Positions 11,330 to 24,635 of a stretch of DNA of 64,000 nt are shown piece after piece (positions within the stretch are counted from its first letter, which is position 1; each line of letters starts with the position of its first letter). The stretch comes from Octopus sinensis (lineage: Eukaryota): NCBI RefSeq assembly GCF_006345805.1, contig NC_043013.1:20770001-20834000 (forward strand). The letters run 5' to 3'. Below the pieces are notes generated by a model that did not search any database, had not been told where the DNA came from, and was given only the letters and a program-made list of their open reading frames with translations. The position numbers and the translations under genes were made by a program.

Positions 11330-13301
11330 CAGAGTGTTCATGTATGATCTTATGTTTATGATCCCCTCTTGACGCAGGAGCAATTCATGTAGCGCAGAGA
11401 TATTGCAATTCTGTATCTCTTGGAGTGTATTTCCGTTAGTCGGTTAGTTGTTCCTCGTGTTTCAGAGAGGAGTGCCATAAAAACCCGTAGGATTTGAACA
11501 GATAATCTAGAGGTAAAATATAATTACTGTGATGCGTTTTATCTGACCTTGACACTATTATCTGAGCTACATCCATTATTTCTGTAATTTTCGAAATATT
11601 GAGCATAGTTCCTTAATTCTGCAGAAACATTCCAGTCTATTATTTGCTTAGGTGACTCTCGTATTTTATTATCCTAGTTTCCAAAGATCTGTTGTCTCTT
11701 TATGATCCTCTTGAGAGATATTTATATTCTTCATTCATAGTAAATATTTCTATAAAAAGCAGTAATATCCTTATTGGAGAATGGTTGTGAAATATTTGCA
11801 GCTCTTTGTTATATTTATTCGGATTTTGGCTTTCAAACCTTACACAAACATCTAACTGAACGGAATGGCAACTCTGCGGTCTGTTATTGGGGTTTTATTT
11901 GAATCATTAATGGTCATATCTTAGCATATAAATATTTATATGAAAAAGAACACCGATATCAGTCGGTTTGAAAAAAAAAAAGAAGATAACCATTGACTAC
12001 AGAATGTAACAGATGTGTTTGATATTTTTATCTCGCCGTATCTGGTTGTGTTATCTCATATGAGGTGAGGCATTTTCTGCCGGAAGTCGCATTGGTGTTT
12101 TGTAGCTAATCTCGTCGACGGACTAGTTTTAGAACTGACTGTATGTAATTTTATCTATTCAAATCAATGTCTTTGAAAATAGAGTTTACGTTTGCAAGCG
12201 CTGATATTTCTCTGCCGAATTTTGAGGATCAGTCACAGTTAGGTAGGTAGAAGTCTCTCTCATCTTTCCACAAGAATAAAGAAAAAACGTTTGGTATGGA
12301 TTCATATTTCCAAGAAACTAAATCATACCCTAAAATTTTCCTGGGAGCCGTTTTCGAAATTACAATGAATAATTTAATGTAAAACCAAGAATATAAAAAA
12401 AAATATTGTTTTTTTCGTTCGTGACTGATATCGATTTTTCCTAATTAATAAAACCAAAAAGAAATTTATGATCATAATATTAATTCGGTTGTCCACATCA
12501 AATCTTTGTAAAGAAGAAAAACAGGAATCTTAGATTCAAAGGCGAAAAATATCTGAGGAATTATGATCTAAGAAATTTATGCTTGATTAATTTTGACTTA
12601 GAATATTCAACATTGGGGATGTCTTTTATTCTAATAAAGACAATTTCAGAAAACAGCAAGACGTTCTGAGGTTGCTTTGAACATTATTTGCATTAAACTC
12701 ACTTTTGATTTTCGTTAACGGTGAATGACATTGGTTCTGTTCAAAAGTTTTTATAATGTTTACAATTTATTGAAGTGTAACCATTATATTTTCGCTTGAG
12801 ATTTTGATTTAAATTACAATACGTCAACACAGGAAATCCTTCCTTAAGAAAAAGGTCGATCAGATCGCAGTGTGATGTGTGCATTTTCACGCGTTTTTAT
12901 ACAACTGAGTTAAATATGTGTGTACAAGAAGACTGAGCATATATAAAGAAATGGAAAAAGGTTAATGCCACTTTCGTCAGAGCCTTGAATGATTACTGGA
13001 AACTGCTGTAAGCCAAATTTGCTCCAATAAAGGAAAAATATGTAACGACCATTATTTTAAACTTGCTTCTTATATTCCACTCTGTGTAAAATCCAATTTT
13101 TCTGGCGCCCATCCACGGATTTATAATATAGAATTGTGATGAACCATAACTTGGGACCCTAAAAAAGATTACCTGGAGTTCTTCACTAATCTAAACACCA
13201 CTGTTAACCTGGTGTGCCAACAGAGAGTTTATGAAGTATTTTGCCTGGATTGATAATCCCTCGCTATTTGTCTCTCTCTCTCTCTCTCCTCTCTCTTCTC
13301 T

Positions 13302-13332
<31 letters not shown>

Positions 13333-13375
13333 GTATATATATATGTTATATATGTATATATATGTATATATATAT

Positions 13376-13440
<65 letters not shown>

Positions 13441-13455
13441 TTATTATATAGAAGG

Positions 13456-13506
13456 AGCTTCTACAAGACTAGAACTGTTTCATTCAAGAGAAATCTTCAG
13501 GAAGCT
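13456..13506 (-). ncRNA. Type I hammerhead ribozyme motif (antisense copy)
   Basis: Reverse complement of 14500-14550, with a G-U wobble replacing one G-C pair in helix III. Confidence 0.7.
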
Positions 13507-14499
13507 AGTTAACAAGAATTGTATTGGCATTTATACATTTAGGCAGGTTTAACGGGGTGTTGGTGGGGGACTTTTTTGGGGGTAGGCATAGCGTAAAATA
13601 TCATACTTGGGGGAGTGGTCAAGGAGTCAGTGTTAAATTAGATAGAAGAATAATTAATAAAAAAAAAAGACAGACAAATGGACTGGCTGTCATAGCCAAG
13701 ATGTTTGTGACCAAGCGGCCAAAGATAACAAAAGTAATAAATGAAGATAATAAAATTAAAATTAGGGAATGGGTCTGTATTTGTATGTGTATATATATAT
13801 GTGTGTATGTGTAGGTTTGCATAGGTACACATATGTATATATATACATGTATGTATATGTATGTATGTGTGTGTATATGTGTGTGTATGTGTATATATGT
13901 GTATATTGGGACTAGTGTGCTGTGTGTGCATGTGTGTGTGTGGATATGTGTGTGTATGCGTGTATGTGAGTATGTGTGTGTATGTGTATATACATTTTTC
14001 TGTGCGTATATGTATGTGAGGTCGTGTGTGTATATATACATGTGTGTATACGTGTATGCATGTGAGTGTGTGTATGTATACATATATGTGTATGTGTAGA
14101 TATGTATATGTATGTGTATGTGTAAGTGTGTATATATATGTATATATATATGTGTGTGTATGTATGTGTGTATGTATATGTATATATGTTTGTATGTGTG
14201 TGTATGTATGTATATACATGGGTGCATAGGTATAAGTGAGAATCTCCTTATTTACCTAAAACTCTATTCCCCCTTTTTTATATATAGGTTTTTTTTATAT
14301 ATAGGTTTTTTATTTTATTTTTTTTATCTTTTTTTTTTTTATTTTTTTTTATTTATTCTTCTATCTAATTTAACACTGACTCCTTTACCACTCCCCCAAG
14401 TATGATATTTTACGCTATGCCTACCCCCCAAAAAGTCCCCCACCAACACCCCGTTAAACCTGCCTAAATGTATAAATGCCAATACAATTCTTGTTAACT

Positions 14500-14550
14500 A
14501 GCTTCCTGAAGATTTCTCTTGAATGAAACAGTTCTAGTCCTGTAGAAGCT
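14500..14550 (+). ncRNA. Type I hammerhead ribozyme motif
   Basis: agcttc-CTGAAGA-t ttc(tctt)gaa t-GAAA-cag(ttctagtc)ctg-TA-gaagct: 6-bp helix I, intact CUGANGA/GAAA/UH core, 4-bp helix III; helix II is closed by an atypical U-U pair. Confidence 0.75.
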
Positions 14551-14633
14551 CCTTCTATATAATAAATTAATTTTACTCTGCTATGTATTGAGTACCTTAT
14601 TTACTGTGGTTAACCCCGAATCAACCCGGGACC

Positions 14634-14690
<57 letters not shown>

Positions 14691-15089
14691 CGGTGTGTAA
14701 ATCTATGTATGTATATGTTCAACTGTGTATGTCTATATGTCCAACCGCGATTATGGCCAATTAAGTGTGACCCGACCTAAGGTACTCTATGTTAATTGAT
14801 TCCCTGTCAGTAATGCCCCTTATCTGTATAACGTATACATCAATCTCTCTTTAAGACATCTGTAAAACTTGTCCTTGAAATTCACAGCAGATGGAGAGAA
14901 TAAAATCTATGAAACGATTCAAGACTCTGTTTCACCTTGGCAACAGCTGAGTGAATGAAAGCAGCGAATGTATAAGAATACGCACACGCAAACACAAGCG
15001 CGCGCATGCACGCACTCACATGCATTCACATACATAGACACTTGCAAGCGCCTGCGCACGCACACAACTTTACGTACACGGCCTGGCAC

Positions 15090-15400
15090 TCCGTCAGTTA
15101 CGACGAGTAGTGTTCCATTTGATCAGATCGACCAAACAGCGTGCTTGTGAAGCTGACGTAGGTACGAATGGCTGAACACTCCACACACACACCACATGCA
15201 TATGATTAATGTAGCTCTCGAGGTGATGCGCAGAATGTGAAAAAGCTATGCCTTTGAATATAATTCGTTTTTACCAGCTGAGTGAACTGTAACCACATGA
15301 AATAATGTTCCCTGTTCATGATCGGTATGCGCAGCCAGGAATCGCCCTCACGCACATACGATCTTGAAGTGAATATCCAAGCTTCTAAACCACGCGTCTC
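15090..15400 (-). mobile_element. Degenerate tRNA-derived SINE
   Basis: cagctgagtgaactg..ca.atgaaataa..ccaggaatcg resembles the family B head in reverse; the 3' part resembles the weaker segment at 16160-16260. Confidence 0.5.
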
Positions 15401-15471
15401 CACACATACACTTCGGTGCACACAAATGGATATCCATTCGCCTTCGACAATATTATTCACTTGTTCGATTA

Positions 15472-16140
15472 TTCCTTTATTCTTTTCCTTGTTTCAGTCA
15501 TTTCACTTCGACCATTCTGGAACACCACCTTGAAGGGTTTTGGTTAAACAAAGCAACTCCAGGACTTCTTCATAAAAGCCCAGTACTTATTCTCTCATTT
15601 TTTTGTGTCGAGTCGCTAAGTTACTGGGACGGGAACACACCAACACCGGTTGCCAAACGGTGATGGAGGACACAAACAACGCACACAAATTTATATATAC
15701 ATATGTATGTATGTATATATATATATATTTATATATGTGTGTGTGTGTGTGTGTGTGTATATAGTTCGGTCCCACTGCGTGGTACCTTGGGCAAGTCTCT
15801 TCTACCATAGCCTCGAACCGACTAAAGCCTTGTGAGTAGATTTGACAGACGAAAACAGAAAGAAGCCCGTCGTGTATATGTATATATCTGTGTTTGTGTG
15901 TGTATATGTATGTGTTTGTGTGTGTATGTCTGTATGTGTATGTTTGTGTGTGTATGTGTGTATGTATGTATATATAGTGCGGGCTTCTTTCAGTTTCTGT
16001 CAGCCAAATCCACTCACAAGGTTTCGGTCAGCCTGAGGCTACTGTAGAAAACACTTGCCCAAGTTACCACGCAATGGACCTGAACCCGGAACCATCTGGC
16101 TGGGAAGCAAGCGTCTAACCACACAACTATGCTTGCGCCT
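15472..16140 (-). mobile_element. Family A SINE with an opposite-orientation family A head (15761-15880) nested in its central microsatellite
   Basis: 3' half at 15472-15680, head at 15978-16140 (minus); a plus-strand head (cccactgcgtggtaccttgggcaag...aagaagcccgtcg) lies between them. Confidence 0.75.
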
Positions 16141-16429
16141 ACTAACTGGATCATTTTCATTGAATTAGCGTGTAAGTGGTTGAGTATCCCACAAACATAT
16201 TTATCGTAACTGGTAGCAGCCTAACGTAGTGTGTGATAGAATCGGACATTTAAATGACAGGCATAATCCAACAACAAAGTTTTCGTCTTACAATGCAGGA
16301 GATTTAAGGAGACCTGGAGTTAGAAGAAAGCAAACTTGGCTCCAGAAGCCACACCGTGTGGATGGAACCAGGGAGCGCGTGACCGCAAAACTGCTAAGAC
16401 ATTTGTATATCTTTCTTTTTATCTTTTAT

Positions 16430-16718
16430 ATTTTACCGGTTTCAGTCATTAGACTGCGGTCATGCTGGGGCATCTCGTAGAGGAATTTTAGCTGAATGAA
16501 TTGACTTTAGTACTTATTACTTTTTTAATCCTAGTAATTATTTTATCGATCCCTTTGACGGATCGCTAGTTTACGGTGATTTAAACACACCAACAGGAGA
16601 TGTTAAGCGACAGTAGGGGCGCTAGAACGCACGCATATAGAGTAGAGACTTCACCAAGGTGCTACGATGTGGCACTGGACCCAGAATCATGTGGCTGATT
16701 AGTAAGCTTCCCACTAAA
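16430..16718 (-). mobile_element. Degenerate family A SINE (3' half plus head remnant)
   Basis: tttcagtcattagactgcggtcatgctgg...; ccaaggtgctacgatgtgg..ccagaatcatgtgg. Confidence 0.7.
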
Positions 16719-16822
16719 CAGCTATGCGTACGCATGCGCCTATATATGTGTGTGCGTGTGTGTGTGTGCACATTATAGGCGCGTACGCACGTGCACACAC
16801 ATTGTGTGTGTGTCGTGACTGA

Positions 16823-17125
16823 CCGTGGGATTGCACCTAGAAAGTTACCCTTCCACGCACATGTCCGGGCAAGATTGTTAATGGAAGACCAGCAGTGGCA
16901 CATGCATACCGCCCCCCCCCCTCTCCTCGCCACCAGTGTTATCCACAGGTAAGGCAAATACAGCTTGGCACCTGTGACGTCGCAACTCATTTCTACAGCT
17001 GAGTGAACTGGAGCAACGTGAAATAAAGTGTCTTGCTCAAGAACACTACACGCAAGCCGTCCGGGATTCGAACTCACAACCTCACGATCGTAAACTTGAC
17101 GCTCTAACCACTGAACCATGCGCCT
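16823..17125 (-). mobile_element. tRNA-derived SINE (family B), near full length
   Basis: Reverse strand has A box tggttcagtgg and B box gttcgaatcc; homologous to 1924-2196. Confidence 0.85.
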
Positions 17126-17154
17126 TCATACACACACGCACGCACACACACACA

Positions 17155-17253
<99 letters not shown>

Positions 17254-17744
17254 GTATCTGCGCATTCTTTATATGTGTTCTTTTCCATTTATTTAACATA
17301 CATAATGAAGTTATATAGCAGTATCCCTTCACCCACTCCTGCCCTCTGTGTGTTTGTATTAGTATCGAATCTTTCTTTAGTCGGCATACGAGGAATCGAG
17401 GAAATTACTTTATTTTGTCGATGCGTCACGTGAACAAATTAGCTGTCTGATATATATGTCTTAACGTTTGTATAATCCAACTATTGTGAGAAATTCAATC
17501 AACCTTATTAGAAAATGACACACACACACACACATTCATAAATACTTACATACATACAGACATACATACACACATACGTGTGTGTGTGTGTGTGGTGTGT
17601 GTTGTGTGGTGTGTGTGTGCTATTGCTTCACCTAGTCTTAAACATCGTTTCAGTTTTTTTTTTTTATATTTATTTGAGAATCGATGTCTGCAAGTCGTCG
17701 ACAGAAAAATAGTAATGACGTCAATATTCTCGGAAACGAGAACG

Positions 17745-17780
<36 letters not shown>

Positions 17781-17804
17781 TATTATAATTATTATTGTTA
17801 TTAT

Positions 17805-17904
17805 NNNNNNNNNNNNNNNNNNNNNNNNNNNNNNNNNNNNNNNNNNNNNNNNNNNNNNNNNNNNNNNNNNNNNNNNNNNNNNNNNNNNNNNNNNNNNNNN
17901 NNNN
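17805..17904. other. Assembly gap (100 N)
   Basis: Exactly 100 n characters; a round number suggests an unsized scaffold join. Confidence 0.98.
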
Positions 17905-17956
17905 ATATTCCGAATATATTTTCATACGTGTGTTTGCATGTAAAATGTGCGTGTAT

Positions 17957-17995
<39 letters not shown>

Positions 17996-18529
17996 TATAT
18001 AGTATATATATATATATATATATTATATATCATATTTTATATATACACATATACAGTATGTATGTATGTATGCATATATATACGGTATGTATATTTGTAC
18101 ATGTCCATGTATGTATGAGTGTGTGTGTGCATAATTTTATACATTAACATGTACAATATACATAAAATGTGTGTACATATATGTGCGTATATATATATAT
18201 TATATTATATATATTATATATATATATATATATATTATATAAGTATATATGTGTGTATGAATGTATCCGCATGTGTGTGCGCGTGTGTATAAGTATGTAT
18301 ATATACGTGTGTGTGTGTATGTGTGTGGTAATATACAGATGTATATGATAGATAGATAGATAAATGATACAAAATATATATAGGAATGTAAATTCTACGC
18401 AGCCAAATAGAATTCCTGATGTATATTCAGTAACAAAAGTGTTTCCACTCTTAAATGACATCAGATAGGCAACAACTATGCCCGAGATTTACATAACTGA
18501 CTACAAGTCTGTTACCAGAATCTTGACAG

Positions 18530-18551
18530 ACATACAGATAGAAAGATAGAT

Positions 18552-18595
<44 letters not shown>

Positions 18596-18659
18596 GGATA
18601 GATAGATAGATAGTTAGGTATATATGTATATATATATATTATAATATATATATATATAT

Positions 18660-18713
<54 letters not shown>

Positions 18714-18737
18714 TTGGATAAATAGATAGATAAATAT

Positions 18738-18804
<67 letters not shown>

Positions 18805-18805
18805 T
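18530..18805. repeat. Compound (GATA)n/(TA)n/(GA)n/(GACA)n microsatellite
   Basis: Read directly. Confidence 0.95.
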
Positions 18806-19187
18806 GCATAAGAACAAACACAAAAAATCTAAGAAACGAGCGATATTCAATCCATTCGACATTTCAAATGAATTTGACCTGAATATTTCTGGAGTATTCT
18901 TTTGAAGCGTATCACATTCACGCACCGTACCACGCTGGTGATTTCCAATTGCACAGAGGATAACTTTATCATCCTTTGGAGCTTGGTAACTCAAGTGCAT
19001 GAATGGACACACTCTAGTGATCTCTCTCCGCCCCCAAAATATACTTATTTCTACCAGTAACAGGGATTAAAAAGCTTCAATTATCTTTGAACCGTACCAA
19101 TCTTGCGCATGTCTATGTTCTAATCTTTGGAGTAGAGTTGTGTTTAGGGAATATGGCTGAGTGGTAAGAATTTTACACATATACATA

Positions 19188-19578
19188 TACTCTTTTACTC
19201 TTTTACTTGTTTCAGTCAGTTGACTGCGGCCATGCTGAAGCTCCGCCTTTAGTCGAGCAAATCGAACCCAGGACTTATTCTTTGTACGCCTAGTACTTAT
19301 TCTATTGGCCTCTTTTGCCGAACCGCTAGGTTACGGGAACGTAAACACACCACCATCGGTCGTCAAGCGATGTTAGGAGAACAAATACAGAGACACACAA
19401 ACATATACACACACATACATATATACGACGGGCTTCTTTCAGTTTCCGTCAACCAAATCCACTCACAAGACTTTGGTCGGCCCGAGACTATAGTAGAAGA
19501 CACTTGCCCATGGTGCCACGCAGTGGGAATGAACAGCAACCATATGGTTGGAAGCAAGTTACTTACCACACAACCACT
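19188..19578 (-). mobile_element. Full-length family A CORE-type SINE
   Basis: Reverse: gtggttgtgtggtaagtaacttgcttccaaccatatggttgc...cccactgcgtggcaccatgggcaagtgtcttctactatag (CORE-like), central microsatellite, gtaaaaga tail. Confidence 0.9.
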
Positions 19579-19591
19579 CATATATACATAC

Positions 19592-19669
<78 letters not shown>

Positions 19670-19744
19670 CACAATATGTATTTTTATACACACACGCGCG
19701 CGCACACATACATATATATATGACTGTACGAATACATTCATACA

Positions 19745-19875
19745 CACAGCCTCACGGTTTCAGGTTGTGTCCAAATGCGTGGCAACTTGGACAATCGTCT
19801 TCAAGTAGAGCTCCGGGCCAATCTAAACCTTGTGAATAGATTTGGTAGACGAAAACTGAAAGAAGCCCAACGTAT
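19745..19875 (+). mobile_element. Family A SINE head fragment
   Basis: tgcgtggcaacttggacaa...cttgtgaatagatttggtagacgaaaactgaaagaagccc. Confidence 0.75.
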
Positions 19876-19934
19876 GCACACACACACACACAAATAGAAG
19901 CACCCACGCCCGCACGCACGCTCATTCACACACA

Positions 19935-19975
<41 letters not shown>

Positions 19976-19999
19976 ACACACACACACGTACATATTTCC

Positions 20000-20185
20000 A
20001 TCACAGCTGTTTGATAACCGGATTGCTGGATTGTATACAGACTCGTGAACTAGCGTGTCGACAAAAAGAAACCATAGTATAAGTAACAGGCGTTACAAAT
20101 AAATCCTGGGTCGATTTGTTCGGCTGAATCCTTCAATATATCGCCCCAGCATGGTCACAGGTCAATAACCGGACCAAGCATAAGA
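20000..20185 (+). mobile_element. Degenerate family A SINE 3' half
   Basis: aaatcctgggtcgatttgttcggct...cccagcatggtcacag. Confidence 0.6.
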
Positions 20186-20640
20186 GGAATATATCCTATA
20201 CAATCATATTAATTAAAGATGAGTGACCTCCGCCAATAAACATTTATTAACGCACGGTCATTGATCGATTTTTCACTTTAGAACTGATATCTTCACGTTC
20301 ATGTTTCCTAACAATACGGCAGGTAAATTACACAGCTATCTTACAAAGTCTTCCTCGAAGTCAATTAACTCTTAACTAAGCCTTTATTTCATTAGTATAT
20401 ATATATATTATATATATATATATATATGGTAGCAGCGTTTCATAAGGTGTTTGTAAATCAAATTAGACTGCAGCTTGTTTAAGCCGTTCTGTAGATTAGA
20501 GTTTATATTCATGGCATTTGTTTATTATCAGGATAAATTTATGAATTTAAGCGCGTAACATTGACTTTCCTGTGAAGGAATTGTCATAAACAAACCTACA
20601 AACTGCGCAGTTATGCATACGCCGTTGCGTATGTGCGTGT

Positions 20641-20671
<31 letters not shown>

Positions 20672-20949
20672 CATGTATGTATTATACCTTATATATGTGT
20701 ATATATATATGTTTATATATATTATTATATATATTATATATATATTTATTTATTTATATATAAACATACATATTTTTAAAATAAACATACAAATTTCCAC
20801 ACGAAAGCACGTAATCTATGCCCTAGGCACGTAACTTCAACCGTGTTTTTTCTGATGTGAATTTGCTACCCAGGTATCGGTTACTTCGAATTATCCTTAA
20901 TAAGATAATTCATTCAACTACTCAAAAATATACATATATATATATATGT

Positions 20950-20964
20950 ATAGATAGATAGATT

Positions 20965-21022
<58 letters not shown>

Positions 21023-21023
21023 C

Positions 21024-21095
<72 letters not shown>

Positions 21096-21097
21096 GA
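20950..21097. repeat. (GATA)n microsatellite
   Basis: Read directly. Confidence 0.95.
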
Positions 21098-21224
21098 GTT
21101 CAGCAAGAATTTAGGTTCAGATTAATATGGTACTTAAGTCGAGGTATTATCTATACAATTTCAAAATAAGGTCATAAAAATCAAACTAAGCAACAAGGAT
21201 ATCCAGAGGCTGATATACTCGTTG

Positions 21225-21303
<79 letters not shown>

Positions 21304-21379
21304 TATTATATATATTATATATATATATATATATATATCACTTATAACATATATATATGCTGTACGCGCATAAACATGC

Positions 21380-21760
21380 ACAGGTAGGAGCAGGTGAGCC
21401 TATGATGTGAAGAGGCTAGTTTTATGAACGTAAGGTTTTGGGTTCATTGCTACTGCACCTTCGGCCAGTGTTATCCAATACAGTCCCGAACCGACCAATG
21501 CTTTCGAAGTGAATTTGGTAGAAATCTCTCATATATATATATATGTCTTTGTTGTGCCCTCTCCTTTCACTACTCGAGAACCGATGTTGGGTGTTAGTTT
21601 GTTTACGTCCCGCGACCTACCGGTTCGTCACAATTTCCGATAGAATAAGTACCAGACTTATTCTATCAGACGATTTAGGAGTTGTTTTGTTCGCCATTCA
21701 ATGGCGGTGCCCCCACCTGATCGCAGTCCAGCGATTGGAGCAAGTAAAATATACCTGTGC
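21380..21760 (+). mobile_element. Degenerate family A SINE
   Basis: Head remnant (ccgaccaatgc..gtgaatttggtag) and 3' half (gtttacgtccc...gatagaataagtaccag...ggcggtgccc). Confidence 0.6.
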
Positions 21761-23162
21761 GTGTGTGCATGTGATTGTGTGTGCTCGTTTGTTTGTGTCT
21801 GTGTGTGTTTGTGTTTGCATTTGTGTGTGTGTTTGTGTTTGCATTTGTGTGTGTGTGTGTGTATGTGTTATGGTGCCTGCAGACACACACACACACACTA
21901 AAACCGCATTTGGTCATAAAAGCCCTCCCCCACGAATCTCTGTGTAATATGAATAATGTGTTTATATGTTGATATTAATAGGAACTGCTATAAATATTTC
22001 GGTCAAAGTTATAAAAATGGTTGCATCTAGTAAATAACTTGTCCTTTTTCTCTCCATTCTCATGACTGACAGAATCAAAAGAAACTGGAGGAAATAAAAA
22101 CTAAAATATTATATAACGAAACCCTTCACTATGGTTGGTTTCTCTCCTAATTTTTATTTATTTCTTCATATTTTCATTGATTTCCACCTATTCTGTCTCT
22201 TTGCATCATGTTTTTATCCGTTCACGTTCTAAATCTTTTGTTTACTATGGCCATTCCACTAAAGCTTACGTTGTTGTATCATATACAGTAAATTCACCGC
22301 CGTTGCTAGCCAAACTTGGAGAAGCGAAAGATGGATGAGAAGAGATAAAAAAGAATGTGAACCTATTAAACAGAATGCAATTTATGTATTGCTACAACCA
22401 CTGGCTTCCGTTGCAAGGTAAATTTAGTGCCGTCACCAATATTAGATGTTTTCATATAACTCTGTTGACATGTCTACGAGACAATTTAGTTCCAAATGCC
22501 AGCATATATTACCAAAGTTCTTTTTCACTAAATATATTTTCTGGCGCAGAATCTCTTAATAGGATGCTTTGAATAAACTCCACATTAGTTCAGATCGATT
22601 ACATCGAATCGAATGCGTTCCAACTATGACCATTCCGTCTTAAAAAGTGTATATGTACATAATACTACATTATCTGAGGTAGCTTGCGTTATTTAAGACA
22701 TTGTTAGAGTATGAGTTGAAGAACTGGCTGCTATTTCTAGCCATTTCTAGCCTGTGGAGGGAACTTGTAGAGCAGACTTGAGCAAACTGCGTCTTTTCTG
22801 AATAACACGCCTCAAGAAAAATTACCGTTTGTATCTTTAACAGTACAGCCCGCTTGATGCGGCCTCCTTGTATTAAGAATTTTGGCTATGCCTGCTGTGA
22901 AGACACATACTCCAGTATGTTTCTAACAACCTCAACGAATTTTTATTTGCTACATTGTAACATAGAGAACACGACAAAGGAGTGGGTGGCCTCCCCACCA
23001 CTACCTGATTTGCCTTTGTTTTAATGCCCTAGGATTTAGTGAAAAACGAAGTTGAGTTTGGCTGAACATGAACTCAGGATGCAAAAATATATAACTAAAT
23101 ATCATAGGCTATAAGTCGTTTTCACAAGTTAAGGCATCGCTGTTGTGTAGATAATAATAATT

Positions 23163-23575
23163 CTTTCTACTATAGGCACATGACCTGAAAACTTTGGGAG
23201 AGGGGGTACAATCGATTATATCGACTCCAGTATTTGATTGGTAGTTGATTGGTATTTGACTGGTACATTGACGGCGAAAGGATGAACGGCAAAGTCGACC
23301 TTGGCGTAATTTCAACTCAGGGCGTAAGAACAGAAGAAATGCCTATTTCTTTACTACACACAAGGAGCTAAACACAGAAAGGACAAACAAGGACAAACAA
23401 ACGAATTAAGTCGATTATATCGACCCCAGTGCGTAACTGGTACTTAATTTATCGACCCCGAAAGGATGAAGGGCAAAGTCGACCTCGGCGGAATTTGAAC
23501 TCAGAACGTAACGGCAGACGAAATACCGCTAAGCATTTTGCTTAGCGCGGTAACAATTTTACCAACTTACTACCT
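23163..23575 (-). mobile_element. Family C SINE-like repeat, internally dimeric
   Basis: Two modules cgaaaggatgaa.ggcaaagtcgacct.ggcg.aattt.aactcag separated by the tttactac.cacaagg.gctaaacacaga linker. Confidence 0.85.
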
Positions 23576-23639
23576 TTAAGCATTACTAAGTATTACCATA
23601 TATTTTCCCATCGAGTTGGCAGACTCATTTGCACGCGTA

Positions 23640-23815
23640 GCAGTATTTCGTTTGTCTGTCCGTCCCTCCGTCCGCCCGTCCTTACGTTCTAATTACAAAT
23701 TCCTTTCATCATTTCGAGGTCGATAAATTAAGTACCAGTTGCGTACGATGGTCGCTCTAATTGACTGGCCCCTCCTCGCCAAATTTCGGGTCTTGTGCCT
23801 AGAATAGAAAAGGAT
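23640..23815 (+). mobile_element. Family C fragment
   Basis: cctttc..catttcgaggtcgataaattaagtaccagttg. Confidence 0.7.
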
Positions 23816-23849
23816 ATTGCATCTAATTTATACCAGAATAATTAACACT

Positions 23850-23937
23850 ATCTCTCGCCTTCCTATCCCTCGCCCTCCTATCTCACTATCTCTACCCTAC
23901 CCGTTCCTCTCTCTCCCTTTTCTCCCTTCCTTTCTCC

Positions 23938-23975
<38 letters not shown>

Positions 23976-24190
23976 CCCGCCCCCCTCTCTATACCTCTCC
24001 CTCACTTTCACCTACTCTCAACTTCCACTCCTTCTCTGCCTTTCTCTCAAATTCTTCCTCTCACTTTCTCCCTCTTTTTCTGTCTCTCTGCTTCTCTCCC
24101 TCTCTCTCTCTCTCTCTCTCTATACTTCTCTCTTGCTGCTTCTCTCTTTCCCCCTCTCTCTCTCCGTCTCTCCATCTTTCTTTCTCCAAG
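23850..24190. repeat. Long polypyrimidine (CT-rich) tract
   Basis: Read directly. Confidence 0.85.
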
Positions 24191-24635
24191 ATCCTTTATT
24201 CGAAAAAGATATGGAATCTAACGACCAAAACCATATTTTTAAATATGTTCAATTTACACAACTGCCATCTTCAGAAATTACTTCTATACACCAGCAACAA
24301 TACTTTCTCTGTTTTTGCTGTTCTCTTGTAGAATTTATCCAAATTTTACTTGGAGACCATTTTAAAACTTTCCAATTTTTTTTTTTGTTTTTTCGTTTTT
24401 CCTGTAATCATTATCGGATCTTGTTCGGTTTGATTGCCTAACCAACAGTAACGAACGCGTACAATTGTCACTAACTAATTAACTCGCTGATATTAACGGT
24501 GACGTCACAACCACAGCGACAACAACAGCAACAACGATACCATGTTAGAACAGATAATTTCTCACGTACGTCTTTAGTTTGGTGTAAATGTTCATTCAGA
24601 AAGCGAGCGCTCTATTATCACTATTATTATCATTA

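Larger units (their letters stand above)
13439..14636 (+). mobile_element. PLE-type insertion with inverted terminal segment, inside (TA)n
   Basis: Arms 13439-~13668 and ~14342-14567 are near-identical reverse complements; the right arm continues ~70 nt further into (TA)n; each arm carries an HHR. Confidence 0.75.

Noticed and set aside
11476-11512. Short AG..GT-bounded segment and similar ones (1595-1682, 7621, 63693)
   Set aside because: Stops in all frames or weak donors; expected by chance in AT-rich DNA.
17776-18033. ORFs spanning the N run
   Set aside because: Artefacts of the 100-N assembly gap.
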